Origin: Clostridia bacterium
Lineage (GTDB): Bacteria > Bacillota > Clostridia > JAAYHZ01
Direction: 5' to 3'
DNA: 64,000 bases
NCBI GenBank assembly: GCA_050950825.1
Contig: JBMNIH010000004.1
Span: 32,001 to 96,000 of the forward strand
Each line of letters starts with the position of its first letter. Within the stretch, counting starts at the first letter, position 1. The position numbers and the translations under genes are program-made. The notes under the pieces are model-generated. The model did not search any database and had not been told where the DNA came from. It saw only the letters and a list, made by a program, of their open reading frames with translations. This document shows positions 41,395-52,459 of the stretch, piece by piece.

Positions 41395-44300
41395 ATGAAA
41401 ATACATAAGAGGATTATCGGTATTGTTCTTTCCCTGTTGTTTCTTTTAAACGGTCTGCCTGTACCGGTCATGGACTTGGATATGTCGCCGTCTGTCTTTG
41501 CCGAGGGCGTTTTGCCCGGCGTAGCCATCCGTTTTGATGATTTTTCGGATACGGAAGGCCTGCAATTAAACGGCGAATCGATTATCTATAATAATGCCAT
41601 CCGGTTTGAAAACGACGGTCTTGAAGGCAAGAGCGTTTTTACAAAAGAAAAAATCGCCTTGGATGAGAATCTTTCCTTCAGTACAGCCTTCTCCTTTCGA
41701 AATATTTCTCCTGCAACGGCTGAAGACGGAACCCGAGGCGGTTTTTCTTTTACGCTGCAGCCTATCGACAACACCAAAACCGCAACGGGATTTTACGATG
41801 AAAGCGTATCCCCGAGCTTATGCATTGCCTTTGTTTTTAATTACACGGATTCCGGAGAAATCATAGCAAAGGTTGCACGAGCATCCGCGGCGGATCGCTG
41901 CTTCTTGGGCTATGTGATGTACGCAAACGGAACCTTCGATTGCGCCTTCGATGGAAGAGAGATAGGCGATGCCCGAGAGCCGATATCGGATCTTTATCAT
42001 GTATGGATCGGATACGACGGAGAAAACAAACGGCTCGAAATGATTTTCGAAGCTCCCTCGGGCGAGTACAACCATTACTACGCGGATATCGACCTTTCGG
42101 AAATGTTAACCGAAACAGAAGTTTATGCAGGCTTTTTAGGGTCCTTGGATTCCGCAGGGAATGCTTGCGAGATTACAAGCTGGCAATTTGCCAATGATTT
42201 AAATATTTGGGACGAAGCCGCCGTAGCGGCGGACGAATGGTATTTGGCCTATGACATGACAAGGTTCGATTACGGCCCTCTCGATTATTTCTCTCTTCTT
42301 GATTCGGGTGAATTCGGAAGTACATTTATTTGGCATTCGGACAATCCGGACGTATTTTCCGATGACGGAACCGTAAATCACCCTCTGCCGGGCGAGCCGG
42401 ACGCAAGGGTAGGCTTGACGGCATATATTGTGAAGGGCGCCTTTATGCGAACAAGGAGCTTTGAGATTTATGTGTCGCCATCGGGAATGGAGATTGTGAA
42501 AGCGGACTATGATTGGCTGACGGACCAAGTGATCCGCAATGAAAACACGTCCCTTGACCGGGTTGTCTCCGATTTGTACCTTCCTGTCGAGGGCTATTAC
42601 AAAAGCTCGATTTCTTGGGAATCCTCCGATCCTTCCGTTATCGATACGGACGGACGAGTGACAAGACCCGGCTATTCGGATACGGATAAGCTCGTCGTTC
42701 TGACCGCGTATTTCTTCAGAAACGGCTTTACCGACATTAAGGATTTCTATGTCACCGTCCGAGCAAAAGGTATGACGGATGAGGAACGGGTGGAGGAAGA
42801 CGAATTGTGGCTTACGGAGGCTCGTCTTTTAAGCGGTACCGGAAACGACTCCTTGGACCGAGTGACGGAGAACATCAACTTGCCTGAAGCCGGGCTTTAC
42901 GGAAGCGTCATTTCTTGGGAGTCATCGGATCCCTCCGTTATCGATACGAAAGGAAATGTAACACGCCCTTCGCTAGCTGCGGGAGATCGGCAGGTCCTTT
43001 TAACCGCCCTCATACAAAGCAACGATATCAAAACGACAAAGACCTTCACGGCCCGAGTGAAGGTACGAGACGAAGACATCCTTTCGGCGGACGATTTATG
43101 GCTGACGGAGGAATTGGTGTTAAACGGCAATCTCGGACCGGACCATGTGGTAACCGATTTGTATATGCCCGAAAAAGGGCCGAACGGAAGCACGATTCTT
43201 TGGACCTCCTTCAGCGAAAACACCGTTTCATTAACAGGAACGGTTACAAGACCCTTGCAAGGCGAAGGGAACAGGGAGGTTGTTCTCATTGCCGTTTTGG
43301 AAAGCGGAAAGGAAACGCCGATTTCTAAGACTTTCCGTTTTCTTGTTCGAGCCGTCGGTCTGTCCGATGCGGAAATTCTTAATGCCGACTATGCTTGGTT
43401 AACGGAGAATGTCATCAGAGGCGGCAATGAAGGCCTCGGGAAGGTTGTATCGAATTTGAACCTTCCGTCCTACGGATTGTCCGGAAGTCGAATCGTTTGG
43501 ACCTCCGACGATACGGACACGATCTACCTTTTCGGTACGGTTACAAGACCCGCCTTTAGCAAGGGGGACAAAGCCGTTACCCTTACCGCCACCTTAAGCG
43601 TTGACTATGAAGAACCGATTACAAAAACCTTCCTTGTTACCGTTAAAGCGAAAGACCAAACCCACGAAGAAAAAACGGAAGCGGATGCCGAATGGCTAAA
43701 ACCTTCCGTCATTTTAGGTCGTAATGCAAGTCTTGACCAAGTGACCGAGGATTTGGCTCTTCCCGTTACCGGCGCAGACGGAAGCGTTATTTCTTGGGAG
43801 TCTTCCGACTCCTCCGTTATCGACACATGGGGTAAGGTAACAAGGCCGGTTTTGCCGAAAGCCGATAAAACCGTTGTGCTGACGGCCGTTTTAACAAGCG
43901 GAGATGCAATAGCCACGGTGACCTTTACGGTAACCGTAAAGGCGCGTCCGAAAACGGACCAAGAAAAGCTGACGGAGGATTGGACCGGGTTAACGGAGGA
44001 CTTGATCTTAAATGAAAACACCGACCGGGATCATATAACGAAGGATCTGTTTCTTCCGACGGAAGGGGCAAACGGAAGCTCCATCGTCTGGGAATCCTCG
44101 GAGCCCGAGTTTGTAAACGAGGAAGGAGGGGTGAAAAGGCCTACCTATACCCAAAAAGACAAAGCCGTTATCCTGACCGCGACGGTAACGTGCGGAGACG
44201 AAGATCCTTTGGTAAAGCAATTTATCCTGGTCGTGAAGGCTTTGGAGCAGACACAAGAAGAAAAGGACATGGAAACGGTTCTTGCGGATTACGAATGGCT

Positions 44301-47300
44301 TTTAGGAAAGGAAAAAGACATTTTAAATCAAAACTTCTCCTTGAATACGGTAACGGGGGATTTGTACCTGCCTATAACGGGGGAAAAGGGATGCGAGATC
44401 CTCTGGTACTCCGATAACGAAGACATGATTTCCAATGAAGGAAAGGTGACAAGACCCCTGTGGACGGAAGGCGACAAGGAGGTTGTTCTGACGGCCGTTA
44501 TTCGAAAAGGCACCGCTTCGAAGGAAAAAACCTATACCGTGAAGGTATTGAAAAGGCCCTTTACGGACCGAGAGCTTGTTGAAATGGATTACAACCGGTT
44601 GACGGAAGAGATTATTAAAAACGGCAACCCTTCTTTGGATCATGTGACGAATTCCTTGTACTTTCCGAGCCAAGGTCCCGATCGATCCGGGCATCCAAGA
44701 AGCCGAATTTATTGGAAATCAAGCCATCACGGCTTTGTCGCCCTTGACGGCACGGTGCAAAGACCTAAATTTTATGCCCCCCAGGATCCCGTTATTACGT
44801 TAACGGCTACCGTAACCTACGGCACCGTATCCATGACCAAAACCTTTGTCGTTACCGTCATGAGAGAGGAATACAACGACAAGGATGCGATCGAGGAAGC
44901 GGTAAAATGGCTTTCCGGCTACCGAACCCTAGGGGACAACCCGTCGGCTTACGCGGTATCGAAGGACCTTTCTTGGCCGGTATCCGGCCCTCACGATACC
45001 GTCATTACCTGGCATTCGGACAGAACCGACCTTATAACCGACGAAGGAAAGGTCACTTACGCTCCTTACGAAAGCGGAAACCAAGAGGTTTCCGTTACGG
45101 CAACGGTGACGAAGGGATCGGAAAGCGCCGTCCTTAACTTTCAATATGTTGTGCTGCGATATCCCGACAACGGTCCTCCATATGCCGTATACTCTGTGCC
45201 GAAAAACGGTACGGAGATTCCTTGGGATACCTATTCCATAACCGTTGTCTACAGCGAGGGGATTCGCCTTGCAACGGACCACGGAATCATATGCCTGCAA
45301 GGATCCGCGGAGGTTCCGATTCACGTCGGCACATACGACGAAAGGCTGGTAATAAGGCCGGTTTCCGTTTTTCCTGCAGGAGATATCCGAATTGTCATAC
45401 CCCAAGGTGCCGTAATCGACTCCATCGGTCTTAAGGCCCAAGCTTACGAATTGAATTTTACCGTGGGAGAAAGGCCGAAGAAGGATGTGACGGTAGCGTA
45501 CGCGTATCCTCAAAACGGCCAAAGGGACGTCGACCCTCTTTTGCGTACCCTAACGATTCGATTTAATTCCGACGACCTTGAAAAAGGGGAGAATTTCGAA
45601 TCGAAGGTTTCCCTGACCTGCGAAAACAGGAGCATTCCGATCACCTATACCTTAACGGGAGATACGGTGACGATATCCTTAGCCGATTATGCCATCTTAC
45701 GCTCCGAAAAGGTCCATCGGTTAACAGTCTCCGAAGGGGCGGTGAAGAACGGCTTTGGAAACCAAAACAAAAAAATTACCGTTGAATTTGTAACAAAAGA
45801 CGTGACCATGCCGAACATCGTTCCGGAGATTATCGGTATCTATCCTTCGGACGGACAAGCCGGGGTGAGCGTAAAGCCCAGTATCGAGGTTGTCTATGAA
45901 AAGCAGCCGGATACGGAAGGATTTGTGTTTACCCTTACCGATTCCACGGGAAAAGAGGTTCCTCTTTATACACCTTATGAATTGGATACGGGTATTTACA
46001 CAAAGCTCATATTCATTCCCAAAGAAACCCTGAAGCCCAATACCGAATATGTTTTTTCCGGCCCCGGAATTCTTCTTGGCAAATCTTCAACGGAAAGATT
46101 CGGCATAAGGTTCACCGTCGGTTCCGGGCCCCGCGTCGTAAGAACAACGCCTGCCGCCGGGGATTTCAATGCCCCTGTACACGGCATCGTGGAAATACAA
46201 TTCGATGAACCGGTGACTGCCGCGGAACGCTTTGAAGACATTCGTTTTCTTGATTTTGCCGACGATCCCGTTGAATTTACCGTAGAGGTAAAAGGAAACA
46301 AGGCGATTTTAAGGACCGAAGAGGAATTGGGCTTGCAATTGCCCTACAGCGTGGTTATCCCTGACGGGGCGTTTCGAAACGCAAACGGAGCGCCCAATAC
46401 CGGGCACAAGATAACTTTTTATACGTCCTTGGATAGGCTTCCCTTTGACCCGGAGCCCTCCTATTTGGACATTCCCGATACGGGAATTACGGGAAAAAGC
46501 GTGAAGCTAAGCAGCGATACCATTAATATGAAGGCTTGGATCAATTATGCCCGTATGATGGACTACGGCGGCTTTATCCATGAATGGTATGTCGACGGCG
46601 AATATCTGGGCTCCGGCCAAATCAAGTATCGTACGTTTTCAAGCCCCGGGGAACACGAGATCACCTATGTCGTCAAGGATAAGTACGGGTTCACCTACAG
46701 TACGAGCAAAACCATCGAGATTGAGGATTTGCAGGGCGTACAATTGAGGCTGAAGGATTCGGGTGCCCCTTGGCGGCTGGATTTGACGGAGGAAAACGCT
46801 TCCTCGCAGGAATTGAAGTTTGAGCTTTTGCTGGAAAAGAACAACCTCTTTATTTACGGCGAAAGAATCCGGGTAAGGCTGTACCGGGACGGCGTACTGT
46901 GTCCTTTAAGCGGATACGGAGACGGGAGTATTTCCATTACGGCGGATTACGACGATACCGTCTATACCTATGTCTTTAGACCGGAGTACGGGGACGATTC
47001 GACTTTCGAGGCGGTGTTCACCTACGAAGGCCCCGACGGTCCGCAAGAGGTACGGCAGTCCTTCCTTGTGACCTCCAAGGAGCCTTCGGTAACGGATGTT
47101 TTCCGCTTCCGATTGTATAACAGCTATATAGGAGAATATTACGAGGAACCGAATTATGTGTACATAACCATGAACGGCAAGCAGATGAAGGCGGACAAGG
47201 AAACGTACACCTACGGCGATTCCACGTTCTTTGTTTATGTCGTTCGCGAGACATTAAAAACCAATGCTTATTACGAAGTGAAAATTGATAAATGGCATTG

Positions 47301-50300
47301 GAACAAAAACTACGCTCCCTTTTACCTTGGAAAGGACACGGATATCCCCTCCGTATTTACCGGTATGCCCTACCATCCCGGCTTGGGCGTGCGCATTGTC
47401 GGCATTGATTACAATACGACGGAATCGGATCTGGATGAATACTACATCAATATGTACTTTAAAGGCCTTCCGACAAAATTGATATTCAATGTTGCGTCCG
47501 ATTGGGGAGGTTACGATCCGGGCTATTACGAAATCGCCCTTGTGGAATGGGGTGACAAGGAAACATTAAGCGAAAGCGATTTTCGAGTCATTCAAATCCA
47601 TACTCATGACAGTACGCGGGAGGTCCAGAAAATCACGGTCCAACCGGGTCTTCAAATGGTAACCGGCAACGAGCAATATTGGATTCGAATGGTTTCCCCC
47701 GAAGGCGAAAAATCCCGTTGGGAAGTATGCCCGGGCGTATCGATGGTACCGGTGCCGAGCGCCTTGGGAAAGAAAATCAAGATATCCATTGTTGACAGGC
47801 AGTATGCGGTGGAGTGGCCGACCGTTTTTGACGGTCCGGTAGGCGATGTGATCAAAGCCTTTGACGACATCCCCTTATTGGAGGGAGGATACTTCGGCTT
47901 AGGCGGCGGTATGCCGAGCTTTGAAGGCTATCCCTATTATAGCGGAGGCATAAATCTTAACTTTGAAACCCGGTTCGGTTACGTCTCGAGCACCAAAATC
48001 AAAACGGACACGAAAATAAAAAAGGTTAAAAAGATTACCGTTGTGGGCTACGAATTCCAAATCGAATTGGAAGGCGGAATGTTTATCAAATACGAATGGG
48101 ATACCGAAAAGTGGAATATCGAGCATTTATATATTGAATTTGATACAAGCTTTGTGAAGAAATGGAATAAGGGCTTTGACCTTTTTGTTGCGGAGATTAC
48201 CGCCGGCGTATACGTTGGAGCCGGCGTCTACGGCTACATTGAATTACGAGATGAAAACGGCCAATACGTATACAAGGGCCTTGTAAGGCTTTACCCGAAT
48301 GCCGGGTTTACCGTAGACGGAAAGTTCGGTCCGTACAAGGTCAAGGGCAATTTGCATGCCGTTTTGCCGGCGGAATTCCATTTTCCTACCGGATACATCG
48401 GTGTCGACTTTACCGTCAATGCGAAAATTACCGGAAAAACATTGCTTTGGAGCGGAACCATATACGAAAAAAATCTGTACAGCGTTCATTGGGATAACGG
48501 AAAAGCAAAGTCCGTCTTGAATATGGCCATGAACACCGCCGAAGAAAAGGCGCTTTACAACAATACGGAATTTACCCTTTTGCCGCGAGATTATTTGGAA
48601 AGACAATCCCGTTGGCTTGGGGCGGATGACGGTTCCTCCGTCATGAAGGCGGCTCTTTTCGGATCCGCCGCCAAAGAAAATCCGGCCGTGTCCTCCTTAA
48701 TGGAAAACATCTATCCGGAAGCGGAGCTTGCCTTTGCCGAAAACGAAGACAAACGGTATTTGGTATGGGTCGACGACAATCCCGTAAGGGATGCGCTAAA
48801 CCGTACGCAGCTTCGCCTATCGGTGCAAAAGGACGGAGTGTGGAGCGAGCCCGTCTTTGCTTTCGATGACGGGTCCGCCGATTTTTCTCCCGTTATGGCG
48901 GCGACGGAGGACGGGGTTTTGATGGCATGGCATAACATCGCCTACGGCATATCCGAAGCGGAAGGGCTTGAAGAAATGCTGAAGGCTTCCGAAATCGCCG
49001 TCACCCAAGATGTGTATAGGGCGGGAGGCGATATTCCTGCTTTCGTCAACCTGACCGACGACGAGAAGCTTGATCACTCGCCTATGCTGGTATCCGACGG
49101 CCGAAAAGCTCTATTGGTATGGACCAAGTCGGAGGATGCAAGCCTTGATACCGAGGAAAAGGCTCCGGAAGATCGACTCTACTTTGCCGTTTGGAGCAAC
49201 GGCGTATGGAGCGAAGCGCAAGCCCTTGACGACGAATACGGAACGATCCTCGATACTCATTTGGTGATGGCGGGAGAAGAGGCCTTGCTCCTTTATACCT
49301 CGGACCTTGATCACGATTACGCAACCGCTTCCGACAGGGAAATTTACGCCGTCGTATTCGACGGAGAAGCCCGGAGCGAAAAGATACGGCTGACTCGAAA
49401 CGACGTCAGCGATTATGCCGCAAAGGCCGTGTTTACGGAAGGCGAATGGTTCATCACGTGGCTTTCCGAAGGAAGGCTGTATTACCGCATCGGATTGGAC
49501 GGAGAACCCGTGGAAGCGTCGCGGCAAGATCTTATCCAAGGCGACTATCAATTAACGGTAAAAGAAGACGAAAGGCCCTTGATCGCTCTTGTTTACACCC
49601 AAGGCGGGGAAGATTTGGCTCTCAATCTTTACGTATCCTTCTACGATTGGAATCGCCGCCTGTGGAGCGATAAAAAAGCTCTTGCAACCTCCGATGCCTA
49701 TACGAACGCTTTTCGTACCGTCTTTTCAAAGGACGGAAGGCTCTACGTTGTATTTACCGAATCGGAGGTTATCACCGAAGCCAAGCTTCGTACTGTAGAC
49801 GGGAAGGAGGAATGGATCGATGAGAAAAACATCAGCGATAAAACGGATTTACGATTGGCGGAATATACTCCTTTTCACGATGTAGCCTTATCGAAGGAAG
49901 AGGGAATGCTTTTGTCCGTTCCTTATCCCTTGGCGAAAACGAATACCGTCGTTTATGTAACCGTACAAAACGAGGGAGACTTTGCGGAATATGTCACCGT
50001 CAGCTTATACGACGGGGATCCGGAAAAAGGAGGAGCAAAGCTTTCCGAAACCGCGCCTTATCTTCTGCCCGCCCATACCGCCCGTGAAGCGGAAATCGAA
50101 TGGCCGGTAGGAGCGGAGCAAAAGACGGAATACCGGCTGTATGCCGTTGTTCGGACGATTGACGGCGCCGAAGAGACGGATTTTGATAATAACGGGATTA
50201 TCATGGATATCGCCGCTTCGGATATTGCCATTACGTATGTTTCTTGTGAAAACCCGGCGGCGGACGATTACCTGATCGAGGTTACCGTAGCCAACTTGGG

Positions 50301-52386
50301 AAGCACCGTTTTGGACGGAGCGAGGGTTTGGCTCGAAGACGAATTCGGCGGAATCATCGGGGAACCCGCAGCCATAAAAACATTGGAGGTCGGAGAAAAA
50401 TCGATCCTCACCTACATGATCCAAGGGAGGGGCTTTTCGAGCTTAAAGGCCGTGGCTTCGCTTCCTGAGGATTGGAAGGAAGAGGATACGGACAACAACA
50501 TACGGGAATTTACATTGGAGCCTGCGGAAATCATGCTAAAAAGCATGAATATCGTACCCGGTGAGGAGCAGGTGGATACAAAGAGCTCCGTGATACTTAC
50601 CTTTAATAGAAGTATTGAAAAGGGAAGCGGTTTTGACAATATCCTGCTTTTGGATGATACCTTCAATGCGGTAGATATCGAATGTACGATTGACAACAAC
50701 ATTTTAACCGTAAAACCGAAGCAAGAGCTAAATTACGGAGCTCGGTACCGGTTAACGATTCCGGCCGACGCCATAGGGGATGCATACGGTCGTGCTTTAC
50801 GGCAACCGATCCGCATTGAGTTTACGACGATGACAAAAAATCCCGAGATCATATCGGCTTACCCCGCCTATCGGATGGAGCAAGTGGCAACGAATGCAAA
50901 AATCCGCTTACGATACAACCAAGAAATCGTGAAGGGACACGATTTTTCGGCGATCCTTTTAACAGAGCTTGTTGACGATGAAGACGGGAAGACGGTTTCG
51001 ATCCGAGCCTTTACGGAAGGGGATATGCTGACGATTCAACCTGTCGGAAGCCTTAGCAAAAATACCCCTTATCGATTGGAGATACCTCGCGGTGCGGTGG
51101 AAAACGACCAAGGCGATACGCAAAAAGAAGATTTTTATCTGGTATTTATGACAGGCGAAAGCGAACAGGAGCCCGAAGATGAGGAAGAACAGGAGGAAGA
51201 GGAAGAAGAATCCGTCACATACCCGCCCTCCTACTACGGCCGTATCACGGTCGGCGGTACGACAAGGATCGTGGAGATTCGCATAACGAACGGAAAAGCC
51301 GTTGTGGAACCGAAGGATCTTGCGGACGACCAAAAGGTCGAAATAACTATTCCGCCGATACCGGGTGTTCGTTCCTATGAGCTGAATATACCGGTTGAAG
51401 CCTTGTCCGGAACGGGGAACGGATCCGTTACCCTAAATACTCCCTACGGTAGCCTCACGATTCCTTCGGGAATGCTGTCTCATATGAAGAATACGGACGG
51501 AAAAACCGTAACAATATCGATTTCCCAAGGCGACCCGGCAACGCTTCCGGACGGCGTGAAGGCGGCTGTCGGGAACCGGCCGATTCTTACGCTTTCGTTG
51601 TCAATCGACGGTGTTCCCGTTGATTGGAACAATCCGGATGCTCCCGTAGAGGTGTCGATACCTTACGTCTTAACGGCGGAAGAAGAAAAGAATCCGGAAA
51701 GCATTACGGTTTGGTATATCGATGAAAAAGGAAATATCGAAATTATCATCAACGGTTCTTACGATTCCGTAACGGGCACCGTTTGCTTTATTACGACACA
51801 CTTCAGCCGTTTTGCCGTAGCCTTTAACCCCGTATCCATTAAAGACGTACAGGATACGGTTTGGTACGGTCCCGCCGTAAGGTTTATCGCGGCAAGAAAA
51901 ATTACCGACGGTATCGGGAACGGCTATTTCGGGCCCTCCGGCGTCCTTACGCGAGCGCAAGGATTAACCTTGATTATGCGTGCCTTCGGCATCGAGCCGG
52001 ATGCGGATAGCAAGGACAACTTCAAGGATGCGGGAGATACTTGGTATACCGGCTACTTGGCGGCTGCTAAACGTTTGGGTATCGCCCAAGGAACGGGCAA
52101 CAACCTGTTTGCACCGGAAAAAGCGATTACCCGCCAAGAGATGTTTACGCTGCTGTATCATGCGTTGAATCGGATCGGGCGGCTTCCGAACGAACAAGAA
52201 AAACCGGATAGGAAGCTTTCCGACTTTACGGATGCGGATCAAATCGATGCATGGGCGAATAAGGCCATGACCCTTTTCGTTGAAACGGGCATTGTCAACG
52301 GATACGAAGACTTTTTGCTGATGCCGAAAAAGACAATGACAAGAGCGGAAATGGCGCAGGTCTTGTATCGATTGATGATTCGATAG
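41395..52386 (+). CDS. 3663-aa SLH-anchored surface protein: L-type lectin-like domain, 10 Ig-like repeats, Big_5-like, PKD/CARDB-like domains, 3 C-terminal SLH
   Basis: Signal peptide; FSFSTAFSF…GFSFTLQ…HVWIGYDG…VYAGF…ITSWQF lectin pattern; repeated LPxxGxxGSxISWxSSxxxVIxxxGxVTRP; SLH motifs LTRAQ, ITRQEM and MTRAEM. Confidence 0.9.
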   Translation: MKIHKRIIGIVLSLLFLLNGLPVPVMDLDMSPSVFAEGVLPGVAIRFDDFSDTEGLQLNGESIIYNNAIRFENDGLEGKSVFTKEKIALDENLSFSTAFSFRNISPATAEDGTRGGFSFTLQPIDNTKTATGFYDESVSPSLCIAFVFNYTDSGEIIAKVARASAADRCFLGYVMYANGTFDCAFDGREIGDAREPISDLYHVWIGYDGENKRLEMIFEAPSGEYNHYYADIDLSEMLTETEVYAGFLGSLDSAGNACEITSWQFANDLNIWDEAAVAADEWYLAYDMTRFDYGPLDYFSLLDSGEFGSTFIWHSDNPDVFSDDGTVNHPLPGEPDARVGLTAYIVKGAFMRTRSFEIYVSPSGMEIVKADYDWLTDQVIRNENTSLDRVVSDLYLPVEGYYKSSISWESSDPSVIDTDGRVTRPGYSDTDKLVVLTAYFFRNGFTDIKDFYVTVRAKGMTDEERVEEDELWLTEARLLSGTGNDSLDRVTENINLPEAGLYGSVISWESSDPSVIDTKGNVTRPSLAAGDRQVLLTALIQSNDIKTTKTFTARVKVRDEDILSADDLWLTEELVLNGNLGPDHVVTDLYMPEKGPNGSTILWTSFSENTVSLTGTVTRPLQGEGNREVVLIAVLESGKETPISKTFRFLVRAVGLSDAEILNADYAWLTENVIRGGNEGLGKVVSNLNLPSYGLSGSRIVWTSDDTDTIYLFGTVTRPAFSKGDKAVTLTATLSVDYEEPITKTFLVTVKAKDQTHEEKTEADAEWLKPSVILGRNASLDQVTEDLALPVTGADGSVISWESSDSSVIDTWGKVTRPVLPKADKTVVLTAVLTSGDAIATVTFTVTVKARPKTDQEKLTEDWTGLTEDLILNENTDRDHITKDLFLPTEGANGSSIVWESSEPEFVNEEGGVKRPTYTQKDKAVILTATVTCGDEDPLVKQFILVVKALEQTQEEKDMETVLADYEWLLGKEKDILNQNFSLNTVTGDLYLPITGEKGCEILWYSDNEDMISNEGKVTRPLWTEGDKEVVLTAVIRKGTASKEKTYTVKVLKRPFTDRELVEMDYNRLTEEIIKNGNPSLDHVTNSLYFPSQGPDRSGHPRSRIYWKSSHHGFVALDGTVQRPKFYAPQDPVITLTATVTYGTVSMTKTFVVTVMREEYNDKDAIEEAVKWLSGYRTLGDNPSAYAVSKDLSWPVSGPHDTVITWHSDRTDLITDEGKVTYAPYESGNQEVSVTATVTKGSESAVLNFQYVVLRYPDNGPPYAVYSVPKNGTEIPWDTYSITVVYSEGIRLATDHGIICLQGSAEVPIHVGTYDERLVIRPVSVFPAGDIRIVIPQGAVIDSIGLKAQAYELNFTVGERPKKDVTVAYAYPQNGQRDVDPLLRTLTIRFNSDDLEKGENFESKVSLTCENRSIPITYTLTGDTVTISLADYAILRSEKVHRLTVSEGAVKNGFGNQNKKITVEFVTKDVTMPNIVPEIIGIYPSDGQAGVSVKPSIEVVYEKQPDTEGFVFTLTDSTGKEVPLYTPYELDTGIYTKLIFIPKETLKPNTEYVFSGPGILLGKSSTERFGIRFTVGSGPRVVRTTPAAGDFNAPVHGIVEIQFDEPVTAAERFEDIRFLDFADDPVEFTVEVKGNKAILRTEEELGLQLPYSVVIPDGAFRNANGAPNTGHKITFYTSLDRLPFDPEPSYLDIPDTGITGKSVKLSSDTINMKAWINYARMMDYGGFIHEWYVDGEYLGSGQIKYRTFSSPGEHEITYVVKDKYGFTYSTSKTIEIEDLQGVQLRLKDSGAPWRLDLTEENASSQELKFELLLEKNNLFIYGERIRVRLYRDGVLCPLSGYGDGSISITADYDDTVYTYVFRPEYGDDSTFEAVFTYEGPDGPQEVRQSFLVTSKEPSVTDVFRFRLYNSYIGEYYEEPNYVYITMNGKQMKADKETYTYGDSTFFVYVVRETLKTNAYYEVKIDKWHWNKNYAPFYLGKDTDIPSVFTGMPYHPGLGVRIVGIDYNTTESDLDEYYINMYFKGLPTKLIFNVASDWGGYDPGYYEIALVEWGDKETLSESDFRVIQIHTHDSTREVQKITVQPGLQMVTGNEQYWIRMVSPEGEKSRWEVCPGVSMVPVPSALGKKIKISIVDRQYAVEWPTVFDGPVGDVIKAFDDIPLLEGGYFGLGGGMPSFEGYPYYSGGINLNFETRFGYVSSTKIKTDTKIKKVKKITVVGYEFQIELEGGMFIKYEWDTEKWNIEHLYIEFDTSFVKKWNKGFDLFVAEITAGVYVGAGVYGYIELRDENGQYVYKGLVRLYPNAGFTVDGKFGPYKVKGNLHAVLPAEFHFPTGYIGVDFTVNAKITGKTLLWSGTIYEKNLYSVHWDNGKAKSVLNMAMNTAEEKALYNNTEFTLLPRDYLERQSRWLGADDGSSVMKAALFGSAAKENPAVSSLMENIYPEAELAFAENEDKRYLVWVDDNPVRDALNRTQLRLSVQKDGVWSEPVFAFDDGSADFSPVMAATEDGVLMAWHNIAYGISEAEGLEEMLKASEIAVTQDVYRAGGDIPAFVNLTDDEKLDHSPMLVSDGRKALLVWTKSEDASLDTEEKAPEDRLYFAVWSNGVWSEAQALDDEYGTILDTHLVMAGEEALLLYTSDLDHDYATASDREIYAVVFDGEARSEKIRLTRNDVSDYAAKAVFTEGEWFITWLSEGRLYYRIGLDGEPVEASRQDLIQGDYQLTVKEDERPLIALVYTQGGEDLALNLYVSFYDWNRRLWSDKKALATSDAYTNAFRTVFSKDGRLYVVFTESEVITEAKLRTVDGKEEWIDEKNISDKTDLRLAEYTPFHDVALSKEEGMLLSVPYPLAKTNTVVYVTVQNEGDFAEYVTVSLYDGDPEKGGAKLSETAPYLLPAHTAREAEIEWPVGAEQKTEYRLYAVVRTIDGAEETDFDNNGIIMDIAASDIAITYVSCENPAADDYLIEVTVANLGSTVLDGARVWLEDEFGGIIGEPAAIKTLEVGEKSILTYMIQGRGFSSLKAVASLPEDWKEEDTDNNIREFTLEPAEIMLKSMNIVPGEEQVDTKSSVILTFNRSIEKGSGFDNILLLDDTFNAVDIECTIDNNILTVKPKQELNYGARYRLTIPADAIGDAYGRALRQPIRIEFTTMTKNPEIISAYPAYRMEQVATNAKIRLRYNQEIVKGHDFSAILLTELVDDEDGKTVSIRAFTEGDMLTIQPVGSLSKNTPYRLEIPRGAVENDQGDTQKEDFYLVFMTGESEQEPEDEEEQEEEEEESVTYPPSYYGRITVGGTTRIVEIRITNGKAVVEPKDLADDQKVEITIPPIPGVRSYELNIPVEALSGTGNGSVTLNTPYGSLTIPSGMLSHMKNTDGKTVTISISQGDPATLPDGVKAAVGNRPILTLSLSIDGVPVDWNNPDAPVEVSIPYVLTAEEEKNPESITVWYIDEKGNIEIIINGSYDSVTGTVCFITTHFSRFAVAFNPVSIKDVQDTVWYGPAVRFIAARKITDGIGNGYFGPSGVLTRAQGLTLIMRAFGIEPDADSKDNFKDAGDTWYTGYLAAAKRLGIAQGTGNNLFAPEKAITRQEMFTLLYHALNRIGRLPNEQEKPDRKLSDFTDADQIDAWANKAMTLFVETGIVNGYEDFLLMPKKTMTRAEMAQVLYRLMIR
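42200..45165 (+). repeat. Ten tandem ~98-aa Ig-like repeats within the giant protein
   Basis: Protein-level repeats. Copies near 42610, 42910 and 43790 retain DNA similarity (atttcttggga…tccgttatcga). Confidence 0.85.
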
Positions 52387-52407
52387 ATAACATAAAGTAG
52401 ATTTTAT

Positions 52408-52455
52408 AAACCTCCGGGATGGTATACAATAAGGGTATCGAACCGGAGGTTTTTT
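52408..52455 (+). terminator. Rho-independent terminator
   Basis: aaacctccgg…ccggaggttt followed by further Ts. Confidence 0.65.
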
Positions 52456-52459
52456 GTTT

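Noticed and set aside
42200-45165. CRISPR or DGR-type repeats
   Set aside because: These are ~295-bp in-frame coding repeats with mostly synonymous or random divergence. There are no spacers, cas genes or reverse transcriptase.
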